From NCBI GenBank assembly GCA_037443445.1, contig JBBIOJ010000001.1:183796-247795 (forward strand): DNA of 64,000 nt. Reading direction: 5' to 3'. Both the position numbers and the translations under genes were made by a program. Positions 18,950 to 28,719 of this stretch are shown in pieces. Every line of letters starts with the position of its first letter. Position 1 is the stretch's first letter. The notes under the pieces are model-generated. The model saw nothing but the letters and a program-made list of their open reading frames with translations, was not told where the DNA came from and made no database searches. Origin of the DNA: Desulfarculaceae bacterium. Lineage in GTDB: Bacteria; Desulfobacterota; Desulfocorpusculales; Desulfocorpusculum.

Positions 18950-20329
18950 TCCCGCCTGGGCAGGGGTTTGAAGCCTTTCCAGAAGCCATTTTTTGAGGGC
19001 CTCTTCTTGGTTCAGCTCCGGCTCCAGGAGCACGGCCTCTTGCATCTGTGCCAGGATCTCCCCGACCCTTGGACCAGGCTCCAGTCCCAGCAACCTCATC
19101 ACCTCCCTGCCATCCAGGACCGGGCGCATCTTCCCCAAGGCCTCGGGCTCGCTCAGGATGAGCCGGAGCTTCTCCAGAAGCCCTCCCAAAGAGCAGACCA
19201 CTTGGCTGGGTGCACCCACAGCCTCCAGACTTGCCTTTCTGAGGAGGATTGCGTCTTCCACGCACAAGATCCCTGCCTGGAAGATGAGCCTGCGCAAACG
19301 GCCTTCATCCCACGGGCCCCTGGGGGAAAGGGCATGGTGGTAAAGTATCCTGGCTGTTTGCTCCGTCTGCCTGCGGCTCACCCTCAGCCTCCAGAGCACC
19401 TCCCTGGCCTTGGAAGCCAAAGCCTCCTGGGGACCTTCTGCTGTAAGAGGGGAGAAATCCCTATCCAGCCCCAACATCAATGCAGCCCACCTCAGGGGTA
19501 CGCGTGCAGGCAAAAGATCAGCCGTATTCAGCAACCAGGAGAGGCTGGAGGGCTTGCCTCCGGACTCCAGCTCCGGCAGTATCTCTTTCATGAGAGAGGA
19601 TTCCACCAGGAGCTTCAAGGCTCCAGAAGGGTTTTTCACAAGCAGAATCCTCTCCAGCTCCTGTCTGATCCGCTCCAGAGCAACTTTTTTCAGGCTTGCT
19701 GCAGCTGCCCTGATGGCAGCCCTCAGCTCGGGATCCAGACGCAGTCCCAGCTCGGCTGCCAGCCTAATCCCTCTCAAGGCCCTCAGGGGATCTTCGGCCA
19801 TTCTCTCGGAGGCCTGCCCCACGGCTTTGAGAAGCCCGGCCTGTGCATCTGCTCTTCCGCCGTGGGGATCCAGGATGGAGCCTGCCTGCAGGTCGTAAGC
19901 CATGGCGTCCAGGGTAAAATCCCTGTGGGAGAGATCATCCCATATGGATTTTCCCCTGAAGCTGCTCACCTCTATGTTTTGACTGGTTAACCTTACGGTG
20001 ACCGTGCCGTGACGGGCTCCGGTCAGGATGACCCTGGGAAAGAGCGAGGAGATCTGGGAAGGGGATGCGCTGGTGGCCACATCCCAGTCCTGGGGGACTC
20101 TTCCCAGGACAAGGTCCCTGACAGCCCCACCCACAACAAAAGCCTCGTGGCCTGCCGTGGAGAGTCTTAGCAGAACCTCCAGCACCTGGGCTGGAGGCTC
20201 AAGAAAAGCCTGGCTCCCTGTCAAGGTCCTCTGCGCACCTTTGGACGTCTGAAAAAGCCCAGGAAACTCTCCCCCCAAAGCAGGCCGTACATCACTGCCA
20301 GGGGAACCAGAAGAAAAAGGAGCCTCCAC
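18941..20329 (-). CDS. Class II tRNA nucleotidyltransferase, likely CC-adding type (true start may be TTG 20224)
   Basis: VGGAVRD, DWDVAT (DxD), HRDFT, EDPLRALR, ERIRQEL; flexible loop between EVSSFR and DDLSHRD deleted; no HD motif seen. Confidence 0.8.
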   Translation of the reverse strand: MEAPFSSGSPGSDVRPALGGEFPGLFQTSKGAQRTLTGSQAFLEPPAQVLEVLLRLSTAGHEAFVVGGAVRDLVLGRVPQDWDVATSASPSQISSLFPRVILTGARHGTVTVRLTSQNIEVSSFRGKSIWDDLSHRDFTLDAMAYDLQAGSILDPHGGRADAQAGLLKAVGQASERMAEDPLRALRGIRLAAELGLRLDPELRAAIRAAAASLKKVALERIRQELERILLVKNPSGALKLLVESSLMKEILPELESGGKPSSLSWLLNTADLLPARVPLRWAALMLGLDRDFSPLTAEGPQEALASKAREVLWRLRVSRRQTEQTARILYHHALSPRGPWDEGRLRRLIFQAGILCVEDAILLRKASLEAVGAPSQVVCSLGGLLEKLRLILSEPEALGKMRPVLDGREVMRLLGLEPGPRVGEILAQMQEAVLLEPELNQEEALKKWLLERLQTPAQAGST

Positions 20330-20571
20330 AAGACAGTGGCTCCCCCGGGCTTCCCCTCATGATCTAGAGGATCAGGGGCCAAAAGCCCTATGAGCAGGAA
20401 AACCCCCAGAAGCCCCAACATCAGGCTTCTGACCACAATCCTTGAGCCCCTGTCCATGCCTTTTCCCGAAGCACCACCGGCAGGCTCCTTGGCTGCTGCT
20501 TCGGGCAAGGGGCTTTTCCTTCTCCCCTGCCCTGCCCCCACGGGCCCGCCCTTGCCCCTCATCCTGGGCAT
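20221..20571 (-). CDS. Small hypothetical membrane protein (2 TM; alternative start 20457)
   Basis: Two hydrophobic stretches (IVVRSLMLGLLGVFLLIGLL; VLWRLLFLLVPLAVMYGLLW). Fills the gap in a same-strand run; its TGA overlaps TTG 20224. Confidence 0.4.
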   Translation of the reverse strand: MPRMRGKGGPVGAGQGRRKSPLPEAAAKEPAGGASGKGMDRGSRIVVRSLMLGLLGVFLLIGLLAPDPLDHEGKPGGATVLWRLLFLLVPLAVMYGLLWGESFLGFFRRPKVRRGP

Positions 20572-21173
20572 TGCGCACCTCCCAATGCCAGCTCCCTCAC
20601 CAGTCCAAGGACTTCATCCCAGCTCCTCACCCTTTCCCAGGGGTGGGGACGCAGGTTCCAGGGCTGATCAAACACTATGGGCACGATTCCGCTGGAGGCA
20701 ATGATCCCGCAGGTCTCCAAACGGTCCTCCACAAAGTGTGTTATCTCCCACTCCTGGAGGGCCGGGAGTTTGGTTTCAGATATCCCCACGGCCTTCACGT
20801 GGATGCTTTCCGGGGGGACTCCCACCAGTCTTTCCCTCAGCCAAAGGGATACACCCTCTGAATCGGGCCTGGCTGTCACGAAGTAAAGGGGCTGCATTCT
20901 TGAGATCTCCATGAGTGCCTCCACCGCGCCTGGATATGGTTCCATCTGAAGGGTCCAGCGTGGCTCCAAGGCTGCTGATATCCACCTCAGGATGAACTCC
21001 GACTCGAAAGGAAGGCAGTTTTCCAACTGGAAGTCCGTAAACTGGCTCCTGGAGACTCTCACACCGAACTCCTCCCAGGCCACCCTCTCCAGGATGGCAG
21101 AGAGGTCCCCCACAACGCTGTCTATGTCAAACCCCCACCGCACAGGTGCTTTCACGCCTCTTTCCCGACTCAT
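20559..21173 (-). CDS. HAD-superfamily 5'(3')-nucleotidase (NT5C-like)
   Basis: GFDIDSV (DxD), FVTARP, K, FVEDR, FDQPWN. Confidence 0.8.
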   Translation of the reverse strand: MSRERGVKAPVRWGFDIDSVVGDLSAILERVAWEEFGVRVSRSQFTDFQLENCLPFESEFILRWISAALEPRWTLQMEPYPGAVEALMEISRMQPLYFVTARPDSEGVSLWLRERLVGVPPESIHVKAVGISETKLPALQEWEITHFVEDRLETCGIIASSGIVPIVFDQPWNLRPHPWERVRSWDEVLGLVRELALGGAQCPG

Positions 21174-21586
21174 TCAGACTTCTGCCCAAGGGCCTGGATC
21201 CGCTCTTTCAAGAGGGCCGGGGTGCTGAGGATCCTGCCTTGCGGATCCACGAAGGCGTGAATCGTATAACCCTTTGCCAGCTCGCCTCCGTCCCCATCCA
21301 GAACAATACGGTAAAGGAACTTTATGGATGCCCTTCTCAGGTACTCCACGTCCGTCTCGATCCATACCAAATCGTCATATCTTGCAGGTCTGAAGTAGTG
21401 ACAGTAAGCCTGGCTTGTGGGAGCCCGCACCCCCCAGGACTCTATCTCCCTGTAAGTGATCCCTATTGATCTTAGCCATTCGTTCCTGCCCATCTCGAAC
21501 CAACGCAGGTAATTGGCATAGTAGGCCACTCCCATGGCATCCGTGTCCCCGTAAATTACCCTGTAGGCTATCCTGACCGTCTTCAT
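21170..21586 (-). CDS. Acyl-CoA thioesterase, YbgC/FadM hotdog family
   Basis: RVIYGDTDAMGVAYYANYLRWFEMGR; PARYDD. Confidence 0.9.
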   Translation of the reverse strand: MKTVRIAYRVIYGDTDAMGVAYYANYLRWFEMGRNEWLRSIGITYREIESWGVRAPTSQAYCHYFRPARYDDLVWIETDVEYLRRASIKFLYRIVLDGDGGELAKGYTIHAFVDPQGRILSTPALLKERIQALGQKSE

Positions 21587-21595
21587 CCCGCTTCC

Positions 21596-22801
21596 TCACC
21601 ACCTGCCTTTCACGAACCTCTCCAAGATCTCCCTTCCATCCAGGACTCCACGGGCGCTTCGTGCTGCAGCCTCCTCGTTGAACCCCTCCCGTCCGCCAGA
21701 CTCCCCTTTTGAGGAGAGCATGGCAAAGGGAACAGGCCCGCTGGAATGCGTCTTGAGGCACAAGGGGGTGGCATGGTCTGGCAGCACAAGCACAGCCCAT
21801 TCCTCCCAGGCCTTGATCCCCTGGAGAACCTGTCCCACAACCTCCTGGTCGAAGGACTCTATGGCCTTGATCTTCTCCTCCAAGGAGCCCTGGTGAGAGG
21901 CTTCGTCAGGGGCCTCCACATGCACGAAGACCAGGTCCTCTCCCTCCCCGAGGGCCTCCAGGGCATATCTGCCTTTGGCCGAGTAGTCAGTGTCCAGGTA
22001 GCCCGTGGCCCCAGGCACATTCAGTATGCGAAAGCCTGCGTACCGTCCCAGGCCTTTGAGAAGGTCAACCGCGGTTATCATGGCAGCTTTAATACCAAGC
22101 CTTCTTGAGGCAGGCTCCAGGCAAGGGGCCACCCCCTGTCCCCAAGGCCAGATGGAGTTGGGCGGGCATGTGCCATGCTCGGCCAGGAGCTCCACAATGG
22201 GTTGGCTCTTGAGGAATTCCTGGGAATGCTGCATCAATTTCACAAGCCTATGCGCCCCTTGGCCCTGGGGCAGGTAAGCCTCTATTTCCTGGCCCGTTAT
22301 GTCGTGGGGAGGGACTGTCTTGAGCCGCATCGGCCCATGCTTCCAGACCATCAGGTGCCTGTATGAAACCCCTGCGTAGAACCTTATGTCCGGCTCTGCT
22401 GTGGCCTTGTCCAGGGCCTGGAGCAGTGCCCTGGCCTTCTCGGTGTCTATGTGTCCTGAGGTGAAATCCACCATGCGAGGCTTGGGCTCTTCCAGGGAAA
22501 GATGCACCAGATTGCACCTGAAGGCTACATCCCCAGGGGAGAGCTCCACTCCCATGCTGGCTGCCTCCAGGGGTCCTCTTCCTGTGTAGTGAACAGCAGG
22601 ATCGTACCCCAGGATCACCAGGTTGGCTATGTCGCTGCCTGGTGAGAAGCCCTCGGGTATCGTTCGCACCAGTCCCAAGATCCCTCGGGAGGCAATGTGG
22701 TCCATCCAGGGCGTTCTGGCAGCCTGCAGGGGCGTCCTCCCCCCGAGGGACTCTACAGGGAAATCTGCCATGCCATCGCCCACCAGTATGGCGTATTTCA
22801 T
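21596..22801 (-). CDS. apgM: Archaeal-type cofactor-independent phosphoglycerate mutase (ApgM; proposed homoserine-kinase subfamily)
   Basis: GDGMAD, TPLQAA.TP.MD, PGSDIANL, YTGRGPLEAA, HVEAPDEASH, PDHATP...THS. Confidence 0.88.
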   Translation of the reverse strand: MKYAILVGDGMADFPVESLGGRTPLQAARTPWMDHIASRGILGLVRTIPEGFSPGSDIANLVILGYDPAVHYTGRGPLEAASMGVELSPGDVAFRCNLVHLSLEEPKPRMVDFTSGHIDTEKARALLQALDKATAEPDIRFYAGVSYRHLMVWKHGPMRLKTVPPHDITGQEIEAYLPQGQGAHRLVKLMQHSQEFLKSQPIVELLAEHGTCPPNSIWPWGQGVAPCLEPASRRLGIKAAMITAVDLLKGLGRYAGFRILNVPGATGYLDTDYSAKGRYALEALGEGEDLVFVHVEAPDEASHQGSLEEKIKAIESFDQEVVGQVLQGIKAWEEWAVLVLPDHATPLCLKTHSSGPVPFAMLSSKGESGGREGFNEEAAARSARGVLDGREILERFVKGRW

Positions 22802-24126
22802 CTCTTGGTGTCCTTCAAGCCTTCATCCTCAATCCTGATGAGCTGAGTCTTTCCCACGGTGACAGGAAGCGCCTCTATCTCCACTATGGCCCGACGCACC
22901 CCCCCCTCCTTGGCCTCATGGGTCATCATGACTATGGGGACCCCTGGCTCGGCTCTGCGTCCCTTTTGCACAACCGAGAGTATGCTTATCTCATACCGAG
23001 CCAGGATGCCGGAGATGGCCGAGAGCACACCCGGCTTGTCCATGGCAGTGAACCGAAGGTAATAGTTGGTGGTCACCTCCTCCATGGGACGGATGCGACG
23101 CTCTTTCAGCTGATCCCATGCAAAGGCCAGGCAAGGCACCCTCTGGGAGATGCCCTTTAGCAGATTTCTAGCCAGCTCCATTATGTCCCCCACCACAGCA
23201 CTGGCAGTGGGCATCATTCCAGCCCCAAGGCCGTAGAAGAAGGTGGAACCCACCACATCCCCCTCTATCTGCAAGGCATTGTACACGCCCTCCACAGTGG
23301 AAATGGGGGAACCCACCGGCACCATGGCGGGATGCACCCTTGCCTCCACCTCTCCGTCCTCACACCTGGACAATGCCAAGAGCTTGATCTTGTACCCCAG
23401 CTCCATGGCAAAGGCAATGTCCACCGGCTGGATTCGGGAGATGCCCTCCACGTAGATTTCCCCGAAGTGGATCCGGGTTCCATAGGCCAGGGCGCTCAGG
23501 ATCGCCAGCTTGTGAGCAGCATCGATCCCCTCCACATCCAGCGTGGGATCCGCCTCTGCGTAGCCCAGGGCCTGGGCTTGCGAGAGGGCGGTTTGAAAGT
23601 CCTGCCCTCCCCTGGTCATCTCAGAGAGAATGTAGTTGGAGGTCCCGTTCACAATTCCTCTCATGGAGCGGATGCGGTTGGCCGCCAGCCCTTCTTTTAT
23701 GGCCCTTATGACCGGGATGCCCCCGCACACGGCTCCTTCGAAGGCCACATCCACCCCCTGCTTCTGGGCCAATTCAAAGATCTCGTTGCCGTGGGAGGCC
23801 AAAAGGGCCTTGTTGGCGGTGACCACGTGCTTGCCTGCCCTGATTGCCCCCATGATCAGGCTGCGAGCTGGCTCCTCTCCCCCTATGAGCTCCACCACTA
23901 TGGAGATCTCGGGGTCCCCCAGGATCTCTTGAGGGTTGTCCGAAAGCAGCTCCCGCGGGACACTCACACCTCTTTGCCTTTTTAGATCCTGATCCACGAT
24001 GCGCCTCAGCACCAGCTCCTGGCCCAGCCGCTTGCGGATCACCTCCCGGTTCTCCTGCAGCACCCTCACCACCCCGCTGCCAACTGTGCCGAATCCTATG
24101 AGCCCCACGTACAAGGGTTTCATCAC
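22798..24126 (-). CDS. hom: Homoserine dehydrogenase with C-terminal ACT domain
   Basis: GFGTVGSG, VVTANKAL, FEGAVCGGIP, GIVNGTSNYIL, EADPTLDVEG.DAAHK, GAGMMPTASAV, DKPGVL. Confidence 0.96.
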   Translation of the reverse strand: MMKPLYVGLIGFGTVGSGVVRVLQENREVIRKRLGQELVLRRIVDQDLKRQRGVSVPRELLSDNPQEILGDPEISIVVELIGGEEPARSLIMGAIRAGKHVVTANKALLASHGNEIFELAQKQGVDVAFEGAVCGGIPVIRAIKEGLAANRIRSMRGIVNGTSNYILSEMTRGGQDFQTALSQAQALGYAEADPTLDVEGIDAAHKLAILSALAYGTRIHFGEIYVEGISRIQPVDIAFAMELGYKIKLLALSRCEDGEVEARVHPAMVPVGSPISTVEGVYNALQIEGDVVGSTFFYGLGAGMMPTASAVVGDIMELARNLLKGISQRVPCLAFAWDQLKERRIRPMEEVTTNYYLRFTAMDKPGVLSAISGILARYEISILSVVQKGRRAEPGVPIVMMTHEAKEGGVRRAIVEIEALPVTVGKTQLIRIEDEGLKDTKR

Positions 24127-24198
24127 CGGCTCCTGGAACTAGTCTCTCAACCCGATTTTTTTCCTAGGCCGAGCAGATCCTCTCCTGGACAATGCAGC

Positions 24199-25380
24199 TC
24201 AAAGCGCCTTCCTGATTCCCCTGACCGCCTGGTTTATCCTGTGCTGGTTCTCCACAAGGGCGAAGCGCACGAATTCATCCCCATATTCCCCAAAGCCGAT
24301 CCCGGGAGACACAGCCACCTTGGCTTTTTCCAGGAGCAGCTTGGAGAACTCCAGGGAACCCATGGCCCTGTACGGTTCGGGAATACGGGCCCACACGAAC
24401 ATTGTCCCTTTGGGCTTATCTATGTGCCAGCCTGCCCTGGCCAGCCCGTTGACAAGGGTGTCCCTCCTGCGCTCATACGTGCGCACTATCTCCCCCACGC
24501 AGTCCTGCTCCCCATTGAGGGCTATTATGGCGGCGATCTGGATGGGCTGAAATATGCCGTAGTCCAGGTAGCTCTTTATTCTGGCCAGGGCGTAGATCAA
24601 ATCAGGGTTCCCCACTGCAAAGCCCACCCTCCAGCCTGCCATGCTGTAGCTCTTGGACAGAGAGAAAAACTCCACCCCCACCTCTTTTGCCCCTTTGGCC
24701 TGCATGAAGCTGGGGGCCTTGTACCCGTCAAAGCACAGGTCGGCATAGGCGAAATCGTGAATCACTATGATTCCGTGTTCCTTTGCGAAATCCACCACCT
24801 TCTGGAAGAATTCCGGCTCCACCACCTGGGTGGTGGGGTTGTGGGGAAAAGAAATGATCAGCATCTTGGGCTGGGGCCACGTGAGCTTTGTGGCAGTGGC
24901 AAGGTCTTCAAAAAAATCCCTCCCGGGGCTCATGGGAATGCTTCGCACGTCCCCCCCTGCTATGATCACCGAATAGGGATGGATGGGGTATGTGGGGTTG
25001 GGTGAAAAAACCACATCCCCCGGGCCCACCACTGCCAAAGCCAGATGGGCAAGCCCTTCCTTGGCCCCCATGGTGACTATGGCCTCGGTTTCCGGGTCCA
25101 GTTCCACGTCATATCGCCTTCTATACCAGTCGCAGATGGCCATCCTGAGCTTGGCAATCCCGCGGGAAGCCGAATAGCGGTGATTTCGAGGGTTTCGAGT
25201 GGCCTCTATGACCTTCTGTACTATGTGCCTGGGAGTGGGCAGGTCCGGGTTGCCCATTCCCAGGTCCACTATGTCCTCGCCCCTTCGGCGGGCCTGTTGC
25301 TTGAGTTCGTTGACTATGGCAAAAACATAAGGAGGCAGTCTTTTAACCCGATGAAAAGGATCCTGGTCTTTTCTGGACAA
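24199..25380 (-). CDS. alaC: PLP aminotransferase class I/II, AlaC (YfdZ)-like
   Basis: [46 protein letters not shown]; TTG start at 25380 after a GGGAGG RBS. Confidence 0.82.
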   Translation of the reverse strand: MSRKDQDPFHRVKRLPPYVFAIVNELKQQARRRGEDIVDLGMGNPDLPTPRHIVQKVIEATRNPRNHRYSASRGIAKLRMAICDWYRRRYDVELDPETEAIVTMGAKEGLAHLALAVVGPGDVVFSPNPTYPIHPYSVIIAGGDVRSIPMSPGRDFFEDLATATKLTWPQPKMLIISFPHNPTTQVVEPEFFQKVVDFAKEHGIIVIHDFAYADLCFDGYKAPSFMQAKGAKEVGVEFFSLSKSYSMAGWRVGFAVGNPDLIYALARIKSYLDYGIFQPIQIAAIIALNGEQDCVGEIVRTYERRRDTLVNGLARAGWHIDKPKGTMFVWARIPEPYRAMGSLEFSKLLLEKAKVAVSPGIGFGEYGDEFVRFALVENQHRINQAVRGIRKAL

Positions 25381-25529
25381 CTTCCCCCTCCCCGTGAGGC
25401 TGATAGTGCCGGGCTGGGAATTCCCATCCTCTTGCGCACCGGTTCTAACATTTAACGCCAAGAGGGCCAGGATGTCAAAGAGGAAGGCTTTGGGTTTCAG
25501 GGTGTTGGGAGAAGAAGGCACAGGCCGGT

Positions 25530-25558
25530 TTGACTTCCCATGGCTTGTGGAATATGGT
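25530..25558 (+). promoter_or_regulatory. sigma70 promoter for purM
   Basis: TTGACT-17 bp-TATGGT. Confidence 0.55.
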
Positions 25559-25655
25559 GCCTGTCTGGGGTCTTCCCCAAAGGGCCTTGGGCTCAAGGCA
25601 AGTCGCAAGGCCCAAGATCCGTCCCAAGAGATCAAAAGGAGGCGTACAAAGAGCC

Positions 25656-26699
25656 ATGGCAAGCTTGGACTACAAAAGGGCTGGCGTGGACATAGATGCA
25701 GGCAACGAGTTCGTGAAGCAAATAGGCCCCCTTGCCCGTGAGACCTTTAGAAATGGTGTGCTGGGCGGGCTGGGGGGGTTTGGGGCCCTGTTTTCTCTGG
25801 GGGAATTCAGATTCCAGGAGCCTGTCCTGGTGTCTTCCACCGACGGGGTTGGAACAAAACTGAAGATAGCCTTCAGAACGGGTCAGCACTCCACGGTGGG
25901 GATAGATCTGGTGGCCATGTGCGCCAACGACGTGGTGGTTCAGGGTGCAGAGCCCCTGTTCTTCTTGGATTATCTGGCAACAGGCAGGTTGGAGCCCAGC
26001 GTGCACCTGGAAATCCTGAGGGGCATAGCAGAGGGTTGCAAGCAGGCAGGTTGCGCTCTGGTGGGGGGGGAGACCGCGGAGCTGCCGGGCATGTACAGAG
26101 CCGGGGAGTACGACTTGGCTGGCTTCTGCGTGGGAATAGCCGAGCGCTCAGCACTCTTGGACGGCTCTGGGGTGAGGCCGGGGGACGCTCTAGTGGGCCT
26201 GGCATCCAGCGGGCTGCACTCCAATGGCTACTCCTTGGTGCGGAAACTATTCTTGGAGCGCCTCAGATGGAAACTGGACAGGTACGTGCCTGAGCTGGGC
26301 CGGCCCCTGGGGGAGGAACTCCTGACCCCCACGCGCATCTACGTGAAGAGCCTTCTGCATCTTCTGGGAGGGGCTCACGTGAAAGCCTTGGCCCACATCA
26401 CCGGAGGTGGGCTGGTGGAAAACCTGCCCAGGGTATTGCCCAGGGGCTGCGTTGCGGTGCTACGGAAAGGGGCCTGGGAGGTGCCTGCAATATTCCACTT
26501 GATACGCGAAAAGGGAAAGCTTTCGGAGAAAGAAATGCTCAGGGTGTTCAACAACGGCCTCGGCATGGTGGTGGTGCTGGAGCAGCAAACAGTGGAGAAG
26601 GCCCTGGGCCTCTTGAAAGCCTCAGGGGAGACCCCCTTTCTAATAGGGCAGGTAGAAGCCACTGAAGACCTGGGGGCCCCTCAAATCAGGCTGGAGTAA
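25656..26699 (+). CDS. purM: Phosphoribosylformylglycinamidine cyclo-ligase (AIR synthetase)
   Basis: [47 protein letters not shown]. Confidence 0.97.
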   Translation: MASLDYKRAGVDIDAGNEFVKQIGPLARETFRNGVLGGLGGFGALFSLGEFRFQEPVLVSSTDGVGTKLKIAFRTGQHSTVGIDLVAMCANDVVVQGAEPLFFLDYLATGRLEPSVHLEILRGIAEGCKQAGCALVGGETAELPGMYRAGEYDLAGFCVGIAERSALLDGSGVRPGDALVGLASSGLHSNGYSLVRKLFLERLRWKLDRYVPELGRPLGEELLTPTRIYVKSLLHLLGGAHVKALAHITGGGLVENLPRVLPRGCVAVLRKGAWEVPAIFHLIREKGKLSEKEMLRVFNNGLGMVVVLEQQTVEKALGLLKASGETPFLIGQVEATEDLGAPQIRLE

Positions 26700-26705
26700 A
26701 GGGGC

Positions 26706-26734
26706 TTGCCAAAAGGCTCTCGATGGCCTAGAAT
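26706..26734 (+). promoter_or_regulatory. sigma70 promoter for rpmB
   Basis: TTGCCA-17 bp-TAGAAT. Confidence 0.55.
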
Positions 26735-26768
26735 TTTGTTTTAAGGATTTACGGGAGGGAGCAAGGAG

Positions 26769-26960
26769 ATGTCCAGAAGGTGCGAGATCTGTAACAAGGG
26801 AATTCTCTACGGCCATAACGTGAGCCATTCCAATAGGAAGTCCACCCGCATATGGCAGCCCAATCTTCAGAAGGTGCGAGTTCTGCAAGGCGGGAGAGTC
26901 AAACGCATTAGGGTCTGCACCCGTTGCATCAGAGCCGGCATGATTCAAAAACCTGCCTGA
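26769..26960 (+). CDS. rpmB: 50S ribosomal protein L28 (Zn-ribbon, C+ type)
   Basis: MSRRCEICNK...GHNVSHSNRK...WQPNLQ...RVCTRCI. Confidence 0.96.
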   Translation: MSRRCEICNKGILYGHNVSHSNRKSTRIWQPNLQKVRVLQGGRVKRIRVCTRCIRAGMIQKPA

Positions 26961-26961
26961 G

Positions 26962-28053
26962 TCACCACCCGAATAGGCCCTGTTTTTTCTCCACAAGATT
27001 GTTAGACCTGTCAGCCTCCAGAATTTGCCCATCTGGATCCAGGTGGATCACCACCGAGCGGTCCGAGGGGTTTCTCTTTACGTTGAAACGCACGGTGACC
27101 TCCTCCTGGGGCCTCAGGCGGGAAAGCACTGCCTCCAGATCCCTTTTTGTGTCAGGAAGGCTGAGCCTCAGCTTGAGATGTTCAACTGTTAAGCCCCCTT
27201 GATTCCTGACATCTACGCTCATCCTGCCTTCGTGAAACCTGACATCTGCAATGCTCAAGTCCGACTTGATCACCTCATGCCGCTCTATGGGGAAATATGC
27301 AATCCTTGCGGACTGTATCCTGGCCAGTCGAACCAGACCCCCGTTTAGACTCTCCTGATCGTACCCCGCCAGGAGCAAAGGCTGACCTGGAGGCAATCCG
27401 CAACTCGCAGCCAGGGACTCTTCCACATAAATGCCCTGGAAGACCCACCTGGCTTTACCATCCTGCTGAAAACTGCGGACGTAATCCGCCTTTCCGGCCG
27501 GCACGCCGAGATCGAAGCCGGTCTTTGGTATCCTGTAGGTGATGGTGTATTCCACCCGGGAGGTCAAGGCCTCTATGGAAACCGCACAGCGCTCTATGCC
27601 TTCTTGTCTGAATCTCTGGATGAGGGCTGCATGAAGATCCTGGAGCCGCTCCACTGACCACTCAAGCCCACCCCTCGGATCCACTACCCCCAGCTGGATC
27701 CAGGGGAAGACCCCATCCCTTATGTTTTGTACCCGGTAGGGGTACTCGGGGTTGGCCCACTGGAAAACCGTCTCTGCCACGGTGCCTTTCACCAAGACCT
27801 CCCCCATGCGTTCGGGCCAGTTAGTGGTGCCCAGGCCTATGACCAAGAACCTCTCTGGATAAATGTAAAGGCGCCGAAGGAGATCTTGCTGGGAGATCCA
27901 CTGCCAGAGATCCCCTCTCAGAAGGTCTGCCAGTGTGTTAAAAAAAAGAAGCCTGTTGGGATTTTCGGCCAGAGCCCTGGGTTCAGCCCACACCAAAAGG
28001 CAAATTAGAAGAGCCAAAGCAGGCACAAAAAACTGAAACCTGCTTCGTTTCAT
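26962..28053 (-). CDS. Exported hypothetical protein with a C-terminal CARDB/Ig-like domain
   Basis: Signal peptide (MKRSRFQFFVPALALLICLLVWA); C-terminal SDLSIADV...VRNQGG...DPDGQILEADRSNN. Confidence 0.65.
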   Translation of the reverse strand: MKRSRFQFFVPALALLICLLVWAEPRALAENPNRLLFFNTLADLLRGDLWQWISQQDLLRRLYIYPERFLVIGLGTTNWPERMGEVLVKGTVAETVFQWANPEYPYRVQNIRDGVFPWIQLGVVDPRGGLEWSVERLQDLHAALIQRFRQEGIERCAVSIEALTSRVEYTITYRIPKTGFDLGVPAGKADYVRSFQQDGKARWVFQGIYVEESLAASCGLPPGQPLLLAGYDQESLNGGLVRLARIQSARIAYFPIERHEVIKSDLSIADVRFHEGRMSVDVRNQGGLTVEHLKLRLSLPDTKRDLEAVLSRLRPQEEVTVRFNVKRNPSDRSVVIHLDPDGQILEADRSNNLVEKKQGLFGW

Positions 28054-28123
28054 CCTACCCCCGGATTCCATCTATTTCCAAACCCGCAAGAACACATCCG
28101 CCCCCTTTTCCCGGCTGGAATCC

Positions 28124-28414
28124 TCAGGTACTCCTGTCCAATGTTTTCACCGTGACCTTGTCATTCACAAACTGTATGTTGATCACTGTCTTCTTGTCCT
28201 TCCATGTGGCCGAGAGGGCTGAAAAAGGACCCACCTCAAAGCTTTTGGCCTCGGTGGGCTCCCCCAAAATGGACTTCACCTGAGCCATGCTCATACCACT
28301 TTGGACCTTCTCGAAATTCTCCTGGGTAAGCTTGGAACCGCAGCCCAAAAGCCCCACAGAAAGGATCAAGGCAACCCCAAAGATTCCTATACCCTTCACA
28401 AGAAAAGGTGGCAT
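28124..28414 (-). CDS. Small lipoprotein, BamE/SmpA-like (DUF3862-like) domain
   Basis: Lipobox LLGC; ENFEKVQSGMS..QV..ILGEP. Confidence 0.7.
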   Translation of the reverse strand: MPPFLVKGIGIFGVALILSVGLLGCGSKLTQENFEKVQSGMSMAQVKSILGEPTEAKSFEVGPFSALSATWKDKKTVINIQFVNDKVTVKTLDRST

Positions 28415-28719
28415 CTCAATCCTCCTGTCTCGAGTCTGAACGCGATCCTCTCACTCCCAAGTTCTTCTCCATCGGGCTCTCGATTCTGGATTTTCTCACA
28501 AAGCGTCTCTTGGATCCAGGATTTCAGGCAGGCCTCCCTGGGTTCCCTGTTTTCTCCACGGGGGCGATGGCTCCAGTTGCCTCATTCCGGAGACTGGGCT
28601 CGGCTCAATGGGGCGTGAGGTGGATCTGGGAAGAGGCCGGTGCTAGACTTGTGTGGCAAGCGTCAAGACAAAGGCTGAACGCCCCAGCCTGCAGAGCGTG
28701 AGCGCGGGAGATCTTCTTG

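Noticed and set aside
20372-20578. 68-aa ORF with CRWC/DCGQ as a zinc-finger protein
   Set aside because: Cys spacing is not convincing. The overlapping frame (20221-20571) gives a better two-TM protein coupled to its neighbours.
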